Source: Halocafeteria seosinensis
Lineage: Eukaryota
Direction: 5' to 3'
Length of the DNA: 64,000 bases
Assembly: GCA_001687465.1 (NCBI GenBank)
Contig: LVLI01000218.1
Location: forward strand, 1 to 64,000
Shown here: positions 10,722-22,991 of the stretch, piece after piece
Layout: every line of letters starts with the position of its first letter
Numbering within the stretch: the first letter of the stretch is position 1
Position numbers and translations under genes: made by a program
The notes under the pieces: model-generated
The model's database searches: none
Told to the model about the DNA's origin: nothing
What the model saw: only the letters and a program-made list of their open reading frames with translations

Positions 10722-13334
10722 ATGAAGCGTCTGTCGGGCAAGTTCCAACCTAACGCTTTGTTGGCCAACAACAACGAAGGAAGTCAAGTCAAACAGGAGA
10801 ACGGGAATGTCTCAAAGCAAGCTTCAAACAAACCAAGGAGGTAAGCAATACATTCTATGTTGCTGTGCTCCCTCCTGTGTCGTACGGCACCATGCACACT
10901 ATTCATCGGTTGCACAGAAGACGGAAATCTTTTGGAGCGCTTGGACCTCGGAACAGCTTATCCGAGCCCAAGGACGGCAACAATGAACAGTCTTCTGGAT
11001 TTATGAATCAACAGTTGACGTCCATGTACTCACGTGTCATACAAATGTCAACTGAAAATGTAAGCAAGTTATGCCATTCATGGTTTTCACCAGACAACCA
11101 ACGCAACATAATGCGGTTTCGTGTCCAGAAAATCAACACTAAGAATACTTGGGGTTTAAACTTCATCGACCACATGGATAAAATTGTCGAATCCCAAAGA
11201 GAGTACGAAAATTCGCTTATTTCAAGTTTCTGCTCTTCTGCTCTACATTGGTCCTGTTTATACAGAGCTGATGACGGGCAGCTTAATTTCCAAAAGGCCA
11301 GTTGTGCTTTGGATGCCTCAGTAAAGATCTACTCGTACCGTGTCGATGATACTTGGACAACGTCGTACAGAGTCTTGGAGAATTTGAACCGTACCGATAA
11401 GAAGGATGATGATGGTGCGTATCACCGGCACCGCTTACGTTAACACCCGCAACTTTCATCTCTTCCTCTTGGCCTTGCAGAAGAAGGGACAGAGAAGAAG
11501 AAGCCAACTAGGCAGGTATGTGTTCGACTCTGGTACTCCAGCTTAGTCCATTTGCGTGATCGTCCTTTCGGATATATTCCCACAGAAGTCGAAAGCGGAT
11601 TCCAAAATCGAGCAAAACATGAACAATATCACCTTAAAGAAGTTTGACACGGAGTTTGAGGTCGACCCTCTGTTTCATAAGATGAGTCAAACATTTGATG
11701 AAGGTGGGGCTCAGGGAATGTTGCTCAACAACCTTTCTGTCAGCAATGGCTGCGAACTCGTTTTCGACTCGATTGACATTCCGGATACTGACGGTAGTGA
11801 CGACACAGAAGCTTGCTTCGATCGGAGCAACAGCAATGTGCACTTTGTAAATTGTTCTTCTCTTCTTTCTCATCTGGCGAGGAACCCACAAGTACAGTCG
11901 AGTGACTATAGTATATCCAAAATGAGCCTTCCTAATTCCATTGGCCAGCTGTACTCGATGCTGGAGAACACGGTGCGCGATTGCACTGGCAACGGGACCA
12001 CTCAGGAAAAGAACTCTGGAAACTCAGGGAAACCGAGTGACGACGAAGATACAAAGACTGACAATCAACAACAAACAGACATTTCGGATATATCCCGAAA
12101 TTTGTCGTTATTGACTTCGGAGGATCATGTTTCGGAAAAGTTCGGAGATTCTTTCGAAGGAACTGGCCGGATGGAGAAGCAGGATACTACTACTGCTTGG
12201 GAAGAAAATGATGTATCCTCTGCGACGTTGAATCAAACAGCCAGTTTTGGTTCGCAAGATGATGATTTTTGCGACGAACTTCCTGATGATGACTCAGGAT
12301 CGGTAGTATCCGAATTAATGAATGTTGTAGGCAACGGCGGTGGAGACAGTTACTCCTTAGAACAGACTACCGGTGCCGAACAAAGAGAAATCAGTCCTTC
12401 TGACTACCAGTATTTCGACGAGCATGTAATGGACAACCTAAAAATTTGGGCTGGCCCCCATCATTGGAAGTGCAATAAGAACAGGCTTGTGACTAAGAAA
12501 TCCGCGGGAAATAAGTCGTCGAAAAAAACTAAGAAAGCTTCAGAGCAGTATTTGGATTTTAACAAAGCGGAAGAATTTGACTCCTCTCTCCTGGCAGCTC
12601 CAAAGAGAAGCACAGGTACCACCATGATGAGTCAGAAGGAGAAAGTAGAACAGAGCAAGGAGTTCTCGGACAAGTATATTCTACCGGATGATATGCAGAT
12701 GAGCACGGAGAACTTTGCTCACTTGTTTCTGATGCAAGACCAGTCTCTAACTGTTCCAATCCATGTGGATGGAAGTGTCTCCAACAATGGTAGTCTACGG
12801 ACTCTACAACAAGCGGAAGTGAGTAATAGCGGTGGACGCCACAGTGCGATGGAAACGGCGGATTCGATTGATTTCGGTGATGATGACGACGACTGCGACG
12901 ACATCGCCGGGGATTTCGACATGGGTGGTGAAGTCTGGAGCAACAACGCTGAGAATGACCGCCCTGTCTCGGGCCTGCAGATGGAAGGTCAAGATTTGTT
13001 GACAGCGGCGCGCAAGGTGGACAAAATTCAGGTAAACTATGAGAAAAGTGCGAAAAAAATAGATGTGCAGAAACTCAAGGGGCGACTATGGAACTACATT
13101 GAGGAGAATAAGAAACCAGAGCAATGTGGAGAGGAAGAACAACTGTCATTCCAAGGCGCTGTCTCCACAGCAGCTAAAGAAATGCCCAGCAGCATCACAC
13201 CACCTATTTACTTCATATGTATGTTGCACCTTGCGAACGAACATAATTTGAATTTGGAACAGCGCAGGGCCAACGGTATCAGCGATTCAGATGGGTTGGA
13301 TATTAGTGACTTCAGCATCGTTCAAAACCAATAG
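10722..13334 (+). CDS. NCAPH: Condensin I kleisin subunit (CAP-H/Barren/Cnd2), 6 exons
   Basis: Motifs ENKINTKNTW (after splicing), NFQKASCALDASVKIYSYRVD, VDPLFHKMSQTFDEGGAQGMLLN, WAGPHHWK, YEKSAKKIDVQKLK, FICMLHLANEHNL. Five canonical introns between 10841 and ~11585. Confidence 0.95.
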
Positions 13335-13389
13335 ACTTTTCAGCTTCAATGCAGCTAATCTAAAGAAGATTACGTTCGAAAAAAGCTAA

Positions 13390-14557
13390 CTACACGTCCC
13401 CCTCTGTGGCTTCCGCCGCAGTTACTTCATTCAGGAGTTCGTTAGTCTCCTGCTCCTTTAAAACGCGTTGCACAATCTTGTCTCCCACTTTTCGGAGTGT
13501 AGATACCTCCACACCCTCTGCGGAGGGCGCTGTTGTGTCCATGGCTTTCGTCAACACGCGAACAGCTAATTTTTTCGCATCTTCAAAGGAAATATCTTCA
13601 GAATATTCGCTCTTAAGAGTACTTTGGGCAGACTTGGAATTTGCCCCAATGGCTGTAGCTTTCCATCCACCGAAGTTACCGCTAGGGTCACTATGGTATA
13701 ACTGGTAGCCATAGTGTTTATCCCACCCAGCGAACAAGAATGCTACTCCGAATGGACGTAGCCCACCGTATTGGGTGTAAGCGTGTTTATAGTCGCATAT
13801 CCTTCTCACTAATTGTTCAACAGGCATAGGCTCACCGTACGTGAACCGATAATTCTGTGCTACCGACCTAGTGCTGTTGATAATAATGTTTGCGTCAGAT
13901 GTGAGTCCTGTCCAGAAACGCAAGGGAGTGGTGAAGATCATAAGATGCGTCTAGGCGACAACAGCGACAAGACTCCCTTACCTGCCACAGCAGACATTAT
14001 GTGTTCGTCTAATTTGTATAGCTTTTCACTAGACTTAGGAGGGGCCAATAACTTTGATACCACCTTCTTCTCCCCCGCGACGACAATGCCATCGTTTGTA
14101 AGAATCCCTACCGCCGAGGCAGCATTCTGCAAGGCAACGCATTGCGGGTGAACAAACAAGCATCGCGTGTCACAGTGTCTTTTGACACCCAACATACCTG
14201 GACGGACGCAATGGCATATTCTACCTGGTATAGACGACCTGGAAGCAGTGTCATTTCCACCAAAGACGGCATTCAGTAAACACTAGGTTCGCCCCCGAAA
14301 TGACTTCGAACATTCGACTTACCTTCCGGAGAAAAAGTTGTCGTCCCTTGATCGTATCTACGTGCCTGTATGAACGAATGAAGCCACAAATTGACCCTCC
14401 AAAACAACAAAAAGAATAATTCAGGGGACCCGAGCAGGCACACCAGCTCTGCCGGAAGAAAGCTACCCTTCCATGCTCCTGAGTGACTGTTCCCACTAGC
14501 GGAGCCCGCCGAAAGAGGAAAAAGCGCAGAGTACATAGCAGAGTACACACTTACCAT
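13390..14557 (-). CDS. PSMA4: 20S proteasome subunit alpha-3 (PSMA4/PRE9), 5 exons
   Basis: Spliced product [24 protein letters not shown]...; also YTQYGGLRPFGVAFLFAGWDKHYGYQLYHSDPSGNFGGWKATAIG. The ATG at 14557 is followed directly by gtaagt. Confidence 0.95.
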
Positions 14558-14969
14558 TACTATTTACACTAGAGCAGAATGGATCCGGCAACTATAAAGA
14601 AGGCTCCTTTCCTCCCACTGGAATCAAGCACCACCAATTGGATCGTATCACACTGATAGTGGTTTACTGACCACTATATCTTTCGGATGAAGTAAATGAG
14701 GTGCACGGTACCAATCTCTGAAATAGGCAGCTGTATTTGGAGGGGAATAAGATACTCCAAAGCCAAGTAGACGAAAACATTGTTATCTGGGTATCTTGAA
14801 GTTGAAGTTGCGAGCAGAGTAGCGACATGCGATGGAATTGTGGATACAAATCGTCCCATAAGCTATACACCACAGGTTCTCCATTATTTAGCAACTATGC
14901 TGCGGGGGCATCCTGTGGTGAGGCAGTCGCGCTTGTGTTGAACTTGACTGAAGCTGCTTTTGGGAGGCG

Positions 14970-17900
14970 ATGGAGAGCGAGACCTCGCAACTGTGTTTAT
15001 TTGTGCGCATCGATGAATGCCACTTGGAACGCAAAGATCGCTACTGCCTCGTGATACAGTTTGGCCAGGAGGATGCCTGCAGGACGCAGTTGCTGGATAT
15101 CCCAACGGACCAGCCCGTTTTTGACAACAATGTCGCTATATTTCGGCTCCCGTTTGACATGGACCGAGCTTGGAACCAGTCCATACACGTTGGGGTATAT
15201 GTTGCAAACGATGATAGTGCAGGTCAAGAGCTATCTCCAATAGAGCTGGGCCGTCTATCGTTTCCCCTATCAGTAAGTTTTCCGTTGCTAAAATCTCGAA
15301 ATCGAAGTGTGTCAAGAAATTTGAACTAACCTGCAGGACCATTTCACGGCGCTCGTGTCAAATGTGACCGCACACCGAAAGAGCCAAATAGTCCCCCGGC
15401 GGCGAGTCTCTAACGAGACGAATTCGTTAGGTTCCGTTTATTTTTCGTTGTGGCTTTATATTTGCGATATCACAGTTCATGACGAGCAGTCGTCGGTAAC
15501 AACCTTGAGTGTTCAACCATGGTTCGAGTCGTCCGAACCACAGCAGAAAGAGACGCACGGAGAAGGATTTGACTTCAACGAGAATACTGGAAGCTCAAGT
15601 CAACCTTCCTCCTTGCAACTAGATAAGAAACTAATAAAGAAGTGGATTCCGTTCGCCAATCGGCTTTTCGAAGAAAATGGCCGCACACTATCCCTAATGC
15701 TGCATCGCTTCCCCATTTTCCAGTGTCCCTCCACGTGGACCAGCCGCTTCTGGTATCGATCCTTGAATTTTATGGATACAGAGAGTGACGACACATCAGC
15801 AACGTACGTAGTAGTCACATTAGGGTCAGCGTCGTTTCGTGAAGAAGTTGACGACTGCTTCCGTCGGTTCCGTTTAGATCTGAAGAATGGTGATGCCTCA
15901 ACTGATGATGAAAACGCTCTCGAGGTTATAGATACTGTCTTTTCCATTGCTCTTCATCCAAAGGAGAGACAGAGCTGGGATCAGACTCTATTGTTGCGGC
16001 AGCCACTTGGCAATTCCAATCGCAGATCAAATCTCGAAGTGAGCGTGGAACGTCTCCTCTCTCAAGGAGGCTCGACACCACGGAACTTTGCAGCAACCAT
16101 TGCTTTATCTAATTTGACAGAGAAAGTTGCCTATCCGGTCCAGTTACGGTGGAAGGAAGAGGGAAGTCTGTTGGAAGAATCGGCAGTTGTGGAGTTCACG
16201 CTTCAAGTGATAGGATCCAACCGAGAGAGAGCTAAAGAATCTCTTAGCATGTTACCTAGGTCAATCCATAGTGCCGATTCCGGCGATTCCCAGGCGCACG
16301 AAGACGTTGATATTGTTGGCACCCTTGTTACTCCGAGTTTGATGCAAGAAATTCAAGGCAATAGCTCCTGGCGCTATGTGAGCGGCAAAACTGAAGTCGC
16401 GAGCTCGGTGTCCAGTTCCAAACCCGAAGCTTCCGTTTCGGCAACTTCCAGCCCAAAAAAGGGAGTTAAGAAGGGGTTTAGTTTCAAGAATTTATTTGGA
16501 AACAAAGCCAAGAAAGCCAAAAAATATGCCAGTCAATCAACAGAGAGAGAGGAAAGTCACGAAGTTGAGGGCGAACATCAGGTATCACTGCATGAAGCGT
16601 CGTTTCCTCCGTTACATGTAGCTTATGCGAGTGATACACCTATAATCATCGGACGAGAGGAGGACATGTTCCATGAGGACAATTTGTCCAAGCTCCGTGA
16701 TAAGGGCTTTGGCTATGCTGCAATAGTAGGAAGTAGTGGGGCAGCACTCAACCCAAACTCTTCATCACCGTCTCCCCGCAGCAGTTCGTCCAAATCGCCG
16801 GTGCATACTCACTTGGACATTTCCAAGTGGAAGCACTTTTCCCAGCTTTCTTTGTCGACGGCAACACATCCCGCTTCAACTGGATTGAATTCTTTGTGCC
16901 ATTGGAGAGTCCAGCGTGCCCAGCATGTGTCGGCTTCATCTTCACTCTTTGCGGGTTGGGGTCTCATGATTACAGTCAGGAAACGAGTGCATCACGAGAC
17001 ACAAGATCCTTCAATAAAGGTAGCATATAGGCCTCCACTGAATTGCAACAGTAAGCAGAGGACAAAACGGCGAACTGGGCCTTTAAACGTTATTTCCACG
17101 GCTTTAGCCTCGGACCCAAAAGCTAGAATCTTGTCGGAATACAGAAAATGTGTATCTGAGGCAATCCCTTATTCCATAAAGCAGTCACGACACTTACAGC
17201 TAACAGAATTGTTTGGGCAAACTCAGCAGGCTAGCCTGTTTCCCCAGTTACCTTCGCGAGATCTCGTTTACGACACTGCCACGTTGGCCAACCAAAGTGT
17301 TGTAGAGTACACCCCTATAATGCGTGGATTTCTGCGATTCAGCTCACATGGGGCTCCTGCCGCTAAAGTAGATCACATTGCAGAGATGGACCTTAACACG
17401 TCGGATACCGTTGTGCCATTGAGAATCCCTCTGTTTCAACTAACTCTTGAAGATGATACTACCGTCCTAAATCGCAACCCTATGATGACCTTAACAGCGG
17501 ATATCGGTCACTCGAAAAATTCGTCTTCCACTGCTAGCAGTCTGTGGGACTTTGCAATGAAGGACGCTCACGCCGACTTGAGCAAAGGAATGGAGGAAAA
17601 TCTCAAACAGATCAATACAGACACTGCGGACGATGACGAAAGCATCAGTGATGAGTCGGAAGACGGGGAAAGCGGTCGCAGGAACCCATTTGGTTTAGCG
17701 ATAGCCTCGACGTGTAATGTTGATGTCCCAGACGGAAGGGAACCATCGTTAGCAGACCTGAGAGCGGCAATTGGTGAATGCGGGAATGAGATTCAAGCAC
17801 TACGACAGGCATTGAGACAAGCAAAAAAAGAGAAAGCGGAAACGCAGCAGCGACTAGAGAGCCTTAAGAAGAAAAACGAAGACGAAGCAGTAGAAGAAAG

Positions 17901-18675
17901 CCACAGAATAGACGCAATTCTCAATGACCTCTCTAGCAGTAATTCACACGTCACTGAGGAGTATTCTCGGGAATCTTTAAAGAAAGCTCTCGTGCGGCTT
18001 TATGAGAGAAACAACGCGGAGAAAAAATCACGGAAACAACTGCAGGAGCGGTTGTTGGCGATGGAGGTCGCCGAAGGAAAGGGCTCTGTCACCGCCAATA
18101 AAGACGACGACTCTGGAATTGACGGGGCTTCTAGTGAATACAACGAGGTAACGACTTCTGTAAGAACGGGCAGACCTCGATACGAAGTACTACTGTGCAA
18201 GTACAGGGAACTTGAAGAAGCACACACGCTTCAAAATGAGAAGCTTAAAAAATTCCAGAAACATCGTACTCAAATTGAACAATACAGGTCTACTATAAAA
18301 TCTCAAGAGCAAATAATTGAAAAAATGCAGCAATGGATCTCCAGTAAGCTCAAGTCTAAGGGCCAGAGCGCCTCCACTGATAACGATACAGCGGAACAGC
18401 CCGGAGAGTTAAAGCGAATGATGGATAAAATGCAACATATGTTGTCTATCAAAGACCAACGAATAGCATTACTCGAACGGCGACTGGATGAAAATGCGCG
18501 GGAGTTCTCAAAAGAACTAACTCAAATGAAAATGCGATTACTCGACGCTGGTCTCAACGAAGACTTCTCAAACTGGTCACTTCCTTCGTTTCACGAAACC
18601 AACCAGGGTGAAGCCTCGACCGACGTACCGAATGAATCCAAAGTAACCAACATAAAAAAACATTACGGAAACTGA
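14970..18675 (+). CDS. C2-like plus C-terminal coiled-coil protein, CCDC33-like (intron ~15273-15336)
   Basis: ORFs 14970..15329 and 15355..18675 join in frame through gtaagt...actaac-ctgcag. The N-terminus is beta-rich and C2-like (DQPVFDNNVAIFRLP). The C-terminal coiled coil (TIKSQEQIIEKM; RIALLERRLDENAREFSKE) recalls the CCDC33 tail. Confidence 0.65.
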
Positions 18676-19478
18676 CGTTGTCTCTGCTTGTCCTAGGAGC
18701 GAGAGGATCAGCTGGGTTCAGAAAGCTCACGAGCAGATTCCTACGTATCTGCACTTGAGCATGGTCTTCTCTCGCGAATTGTTGTAAAGTTTCAACATAA
18801 GGAAAGAAGGAGCGAGACGACGCGATAAGTGGATGTTTCTCGCGTTTCGCGGTGTGTGAGGATGTTCAACCCGCACTCCGGAACGCAGGTACGACGTCAG
18901 TTCCATCATACCTTTAGTACCGCGTGTCGTGTGCGTAGGAAATGGTTTGCTTCTGAATGTTATACCGTCGCACACTCTTGTAGCCAAGTCTACTTCGCAG
19001 TTCTAGCTACGCTCTTGCTCTTATAATCGCTTCAAAATTTCAAGACGGAAAAGTTGAAACATGACGTTGTCCCCGTCTCATTGTTACCTTCGCACGCAAG
19101 CCCTTGTCGCCGTATGGTATACCCCCTCCATTAGCCGAGAGATAATATACATTTTCGCAATGCTGGCTTCTAGAGAGCAAAGAAAACCAACTGACAGATA
19201 GCTGATTTCCCTTTATGCACCATCACTAGCCATTGTACTTGTATCCTGCTCAGAGTCAACTTGCGACCGCCGCTCAGCTGCGCTGCGCGATCAGGCGGCC
19301 TGCCTTAGGCTACGGATTCGATACAGTCCTAACGAGTTGGAGGTTTGGTACCTGTATACATGTGTGATAGGACTTATCAAAGTCAACAAACAATGCGAGT
19401 GATTTCGCAGTAAACCTGCCCGAGCGGGAGGCGTTGAATTCTTACGGTTGGGGGGTTTTTTGGCGCTGTTGGGTGGAA

Positions 19479-22400
19479 ATGTCCTTTCTTCCGTCTCTAC
19501 AGGATACTGATGAGGTGCTCTCCTCATGGACAACGCGTGAACGGATTCAGCAGGAAACATGGCACGAAGCGGAGAAAATTAGAGAGGAACAGAGACAGAC
19601 GACACAAAACTCGTCCGGCGACCGAACGCGCCCTTTATCCAATAGACTCGCTTCCTCGGAAGGAAGCAAGGATGGGGTGGTGGATGAAAAAGCCAAGAAA
19701 CGGTTGATTGATGAGTGGTATCGACACTACGTACACAACTTTTCACGCCCTCGGAGAACGGACAACTTCTTGAATGAATTCAGTCGAAGTGACGGTCGTT
19801 TCCATCAACTTCGCGACTCCAAATTCCACCAGTGGATTCAATATGCCAAGTCGAAAGACCAGTACTTTGTGGAGAATGCAGTTGCTGAGCAGGAATATCA
19901 CAGGAAACAAAAGGAGGAAGAAAAACGGAAGTTGGATGAAAAAGAGAAACAGGAAAGAGAACAATTTCAACGCACTGCTCGTCCAGAAGATCGACTCTAT
20001 GGAGAATGGAAACGGAAAAATATAGTAGAGCGATTGACAGGAAAGCACCATTCGGAAGCAGCAAAACCTACACGAGGATTTCTTAGGTCAAGTGAGAAGA
20101 AAACAGAGTTCGATGTGAGGGAAGACCACAGGCAGCATGGGTTGACCCCGCGTCCGCCTCCTAGAAGAAAGAAGGTGAAGGGTTCGAGTGACACTGGTAG
20201 TTCTTCTTCCAAGTCGCGGAGCATGGATGTCCCCAATTGGCTGGTGAAACGCAAGGAATATAGTAAAGCCCTTGGTGAAGTCGTTACTCGGGATATACAG
20301 GCAATCAAGAACGCGCTTAGATCACCCATGTCCTATAGAACTGACGAGGAACAGACTCTTCTCACCAAGTGGTTAAAGGAGCAAGGCCCTCCGTTTACGG
20401 AACTGCGATCTACGTATCGTTCCAGACTGTCAAATACTATTATGTTGAAGCATCTATCTCCCGACTCGTTAGTCCATAATGAACTGAAGAACCCAAGCTC
20501 AGAGGAACCAAATGAGGAAGCAACAAACCCAAAGGATGAAGAATCACTATACTTTGTACTCCAAGGTTATATTCTCGTTGTGGAGGGTACGTGCATTGAT
20601 GTTTTACGCCCGGGAGACTCGTTTGGTGATGAAGGGTGGTATTCCACCTTGAAAGATGGTGTCAACCGACGAGAAAAACGTGTCCGATCGACTTTAACTT
20701 CGGGAATAGATGAAGCCAGGGACGCTATCGAAGCAGGTGTAAAGGCATTCAAGAGCAAAATTTCATCCATTGTAAATCGAAGAGCATCTTTTGGAATAAC
20801 GCCTCGTTCCGATAGGGGATTATTCGGAGGCTTCTTTGGTGACCTTTCACCGCGGAACGCGGACTCGTCGAAAACCCCCAACACGCTGAGTTTGAGAACG
20901 CCGCTGGATACGGAAGATAAAATGTTCCGGCTACTAAAGGATGGGAGCGCAGGTCAGAGGATACTGCTCTTTCCGGCTCCTTCGTTGGGAAACCAAATTA
21001 CGTTCTCGGTGGCAGAGAAGCTTCTTCAGCTCGTACAACCTAACGATCTTTCTCTTCGCTTCAGCATGGACCCACGACAATTTAGTAATGGACTCAGAGG
21101 CCATGCTCTGACTGAGGAAATTGCCGAAAAGCTTGTGTTAACAACGAAACTACAAAGCTTAATCGAGGAAACGGACCTCACTAGTTCTACAGGTGTTGAT
21201 GTAGGCCGTCTCCGCCTGTCGGACTACACCCGAACTATCGACATCGAAAAAAGCAGAGAATCGCGGGAATTAGCCTCATGGCTCCATGCTTCCGTTCCTA
21301 TGCTGGGTGGAGTGAACATTCATAAAGTGCTTTCTGTGGCAAAGGGTGCGGAAATCCAATCATTTGATGAAGGGGAACTCATCTACGCTCAGTATTCTTC
21401 CGCAGACACACTCTGTTTTTTAAGAGAAGGGCTGGCGGAGTCAGTATGTCGCGTTGGGGTAAAGTTTTCGTATCGAGTCCCTAGTACACAGCGAGCGAAG
21501 CAACCGCATACGAAAGACGATAAGTTTCATACCCGGCACTTGTCTCAGTTACGGGATGTGTACGTGAAGGTGAGGCGTATACACGAAGGGGAATGCTTCG
21601 GGGAAGAAGCAGTTTTATCCCTTCTACCGGAACCAGTTGTTCTAAAATCGTTCATCACACAAGCGTCTAATAGGAGAGTTGACCTAGTATATGACGATCC
21701 AGAGCGAGTATATTTTGCTACAAAAAGTAATGCAGAGGAACGTGCCGGAGAATACATTGAACCACTGCAGTTAGATATGTATATAAAAGAACATGCCACG
21801 GCACTGAAGCAGCAGCCACTAAAATCTAATGAGCGAACCGCTGAGCAAGGAGAGGAATTGGAAAAGGATGATGAGTCTGTTTTATTACAGTTGAGACGTT
21901 GTGTTCAACAGATACAATCCCACAGGAAGTATTCAAGGCCAAGTCCCAGGGAAAAGCCATCGACTGTGGCGCGGCCTCATAATGTGATAGCAGTTCGACC
22001 TTGCGAAGTTATCTTCATTAAGAAGGAATACCTTAACCACTTGGCTTACCATGAAAAGGAGATCCTGTTCAAACTGTTTCGGGCAGCACTGTTGCACCCA
22101 ACAGAAGAAGAAGTAGCCTACGAACAGATCTCTAACCTAAATCGTATTTGCGAAGATAGGCAAGTGCTGGTAAGCCATTTGGGACACCGCTATTCTAGTA
22201 GGGTGTACGAAGATGACACTACTGAAAGAGCCTTAAACGCATCTCCAAGCAAGTCACGAAAAGGTGTCACGAACTATGCGAGAATCTCGGCTGCTGCCAG
22301 AAAACAGACTACCCAGCAATACGCGTCTGCAGAGGATCCGTCCATTCCACAGTCTCTGAAATCGAATACCGGCTGCCAAGAGCCCTTGGCGCAAGGTGGG

Positions 22401-22991
22401 TTTGTCAGTCGAAGACTACTAACTAGCTTTCCCATATCTTTCCATGCCCGATCTAACAGCGAGTACGTATCTGCCGTCAAAGGAGCAACGATGGGCAAGG
22501 CGACTTCTGAAGCGGACCCTCAAGAGTCAGGCGTCCCTAGCGCAGAGGCACGAAGTCGCGCCGGACAAACCGGACAGGATCCGGTCATCCCATCTCTGCA
22601 ATTGGATAAACTAAGTCAAGGAAAAGATGAAAGAGTGGTCGGACCAAAGTTTGTCGCCAAAGCTATTGCCAGTGACCGCTCTCGCATAGGGTCCAGCAAC
22701 TCCCGCCGAACGACTATGTGGGACCCCGTATACGATGCCGAAGAAGATGATGTCCTCTATGCTTTGAGTTCGGCGCCGTATTCATCGCCAAGGTATGGGG
22801 GCGAAGAGCTTAACTACTTTGACAGTGACCGACTTCACGAAGAGCTACAATGCAACTTGTCCAACTTCCCTTCTACATTTGATAATGTGGTGCAAAAGCT
22901 CGAAGGAGCATCGGACAAAGAATTGTTGCAAATGCTTTCGGAAGCGGCATCCCGCTCTCCTCGTATGACAGGCACCTCTTTCCGCTTGTAA
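19479..22991 (+). CDS. Cyclic-nucleotide-binding-domain protein (two degenerate cNMP domains)
   Basis: Long single ORF with first ATG at 19479. Motifs SLYFVLQGYILV..LRPGDSFGDE and FDEGELIYAQYSSADTLCFLREG..IHEGECFGEEAVL..VIAVRPCEVIFI. Confidence 0.75.
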   Translation: MSFLPSLQDTDEVLSSWTTRERIQQETWHEAEKIREEQRQTTQNSSGDRTRPLSNRLASSEGSKDGVVDEKAKKRLIDEWYRHYVHNFSRPRRTDNFLNEFSRSDGRFHQLRDSKFHQWIQYAKSKDQYFVENAVAEQEYHRKQKEEEKRKLDEKEKQEREQFQRTARPEDRLYGEWKRKNIVERLTGKHHSEAAKPTRGFLRSSEKKTEFDVREDHRQHGLTPRPPPRRKKVKGSSDTGSSSSKSRSMDVPNWLVKRKEYSKALGEVVTRDIQAIKNALRSPMSYRTDEEQTLLTKWLKEQGPPFTELRSTYRSRLSNTIMLKHLSPDSLVHNELKNPSSEEPNEEATNPKDEESLYFVLQGYILVVEGTCIDVLRPGDSFGDEGWYSTLKDGVNRREKRVRSTLTSGIDEARDAIEAGVKAFKSKISSIVNRRASFGITPRSDRGLFGGFFGDLSPRNADSSKTPNTLSLRTPLDTEDKMFRLLKDGSAGQRILLFPAPSLGNQITFSVAEKLLQLVQPNDLSLRFSMDPRQFSNGLRGHALTEEIAEKLVLTTKLQSLIEETDLTSSTGVDVGRLRLSDYTRTIDIEKSRESRELASWLHASVPMLGGVNIHKVLSVAKGAEIQSFDEGELIYAQYSSADTLCFLREGLAESVCRVGVKFSYRVPSTQRAKQPHTKDDKFHTRHLSQLRDVYVKVRRIHEGECFGEEAVLSLLPEPVVLKSFITQASNRRVDLVYDDPERVYFATKSNAEERAGEYIEPLQLDMYIKEHATALKQQPLKSNERTAEQGEELEKDDESVLLQLRRCVQQIQSHRKYSRPSPREKPSTVARPHNVIAVRPCEVIFIKKEYLNHLAYHEKEILFKLFRAALLHPTEEEVAYEQISNLNRICEDRQVLVSHLGHRYSSRVYEDDTTERALNASPSKSRKGVTNYARISAAARKQTTQQYASAEDPSIPQSLKSNTGCQEPLAQGGFVSRRLLTSFPISFHARSNSEYVSAVKGATMGKATSEADPQESGVPSAEARSRAGQTGQDPVIPSLQLDKLSQGKDERVVGPKFVAKAIASDRSRIGSSNSRRTTMWDPVYDAEEDDVLYALSSAPYSSPRYGGEELNYFDSDRLHEELQCNLSNFPSTFDNVVQKLEGASDKELLQMLSEAASRSPRMTGTSFRL

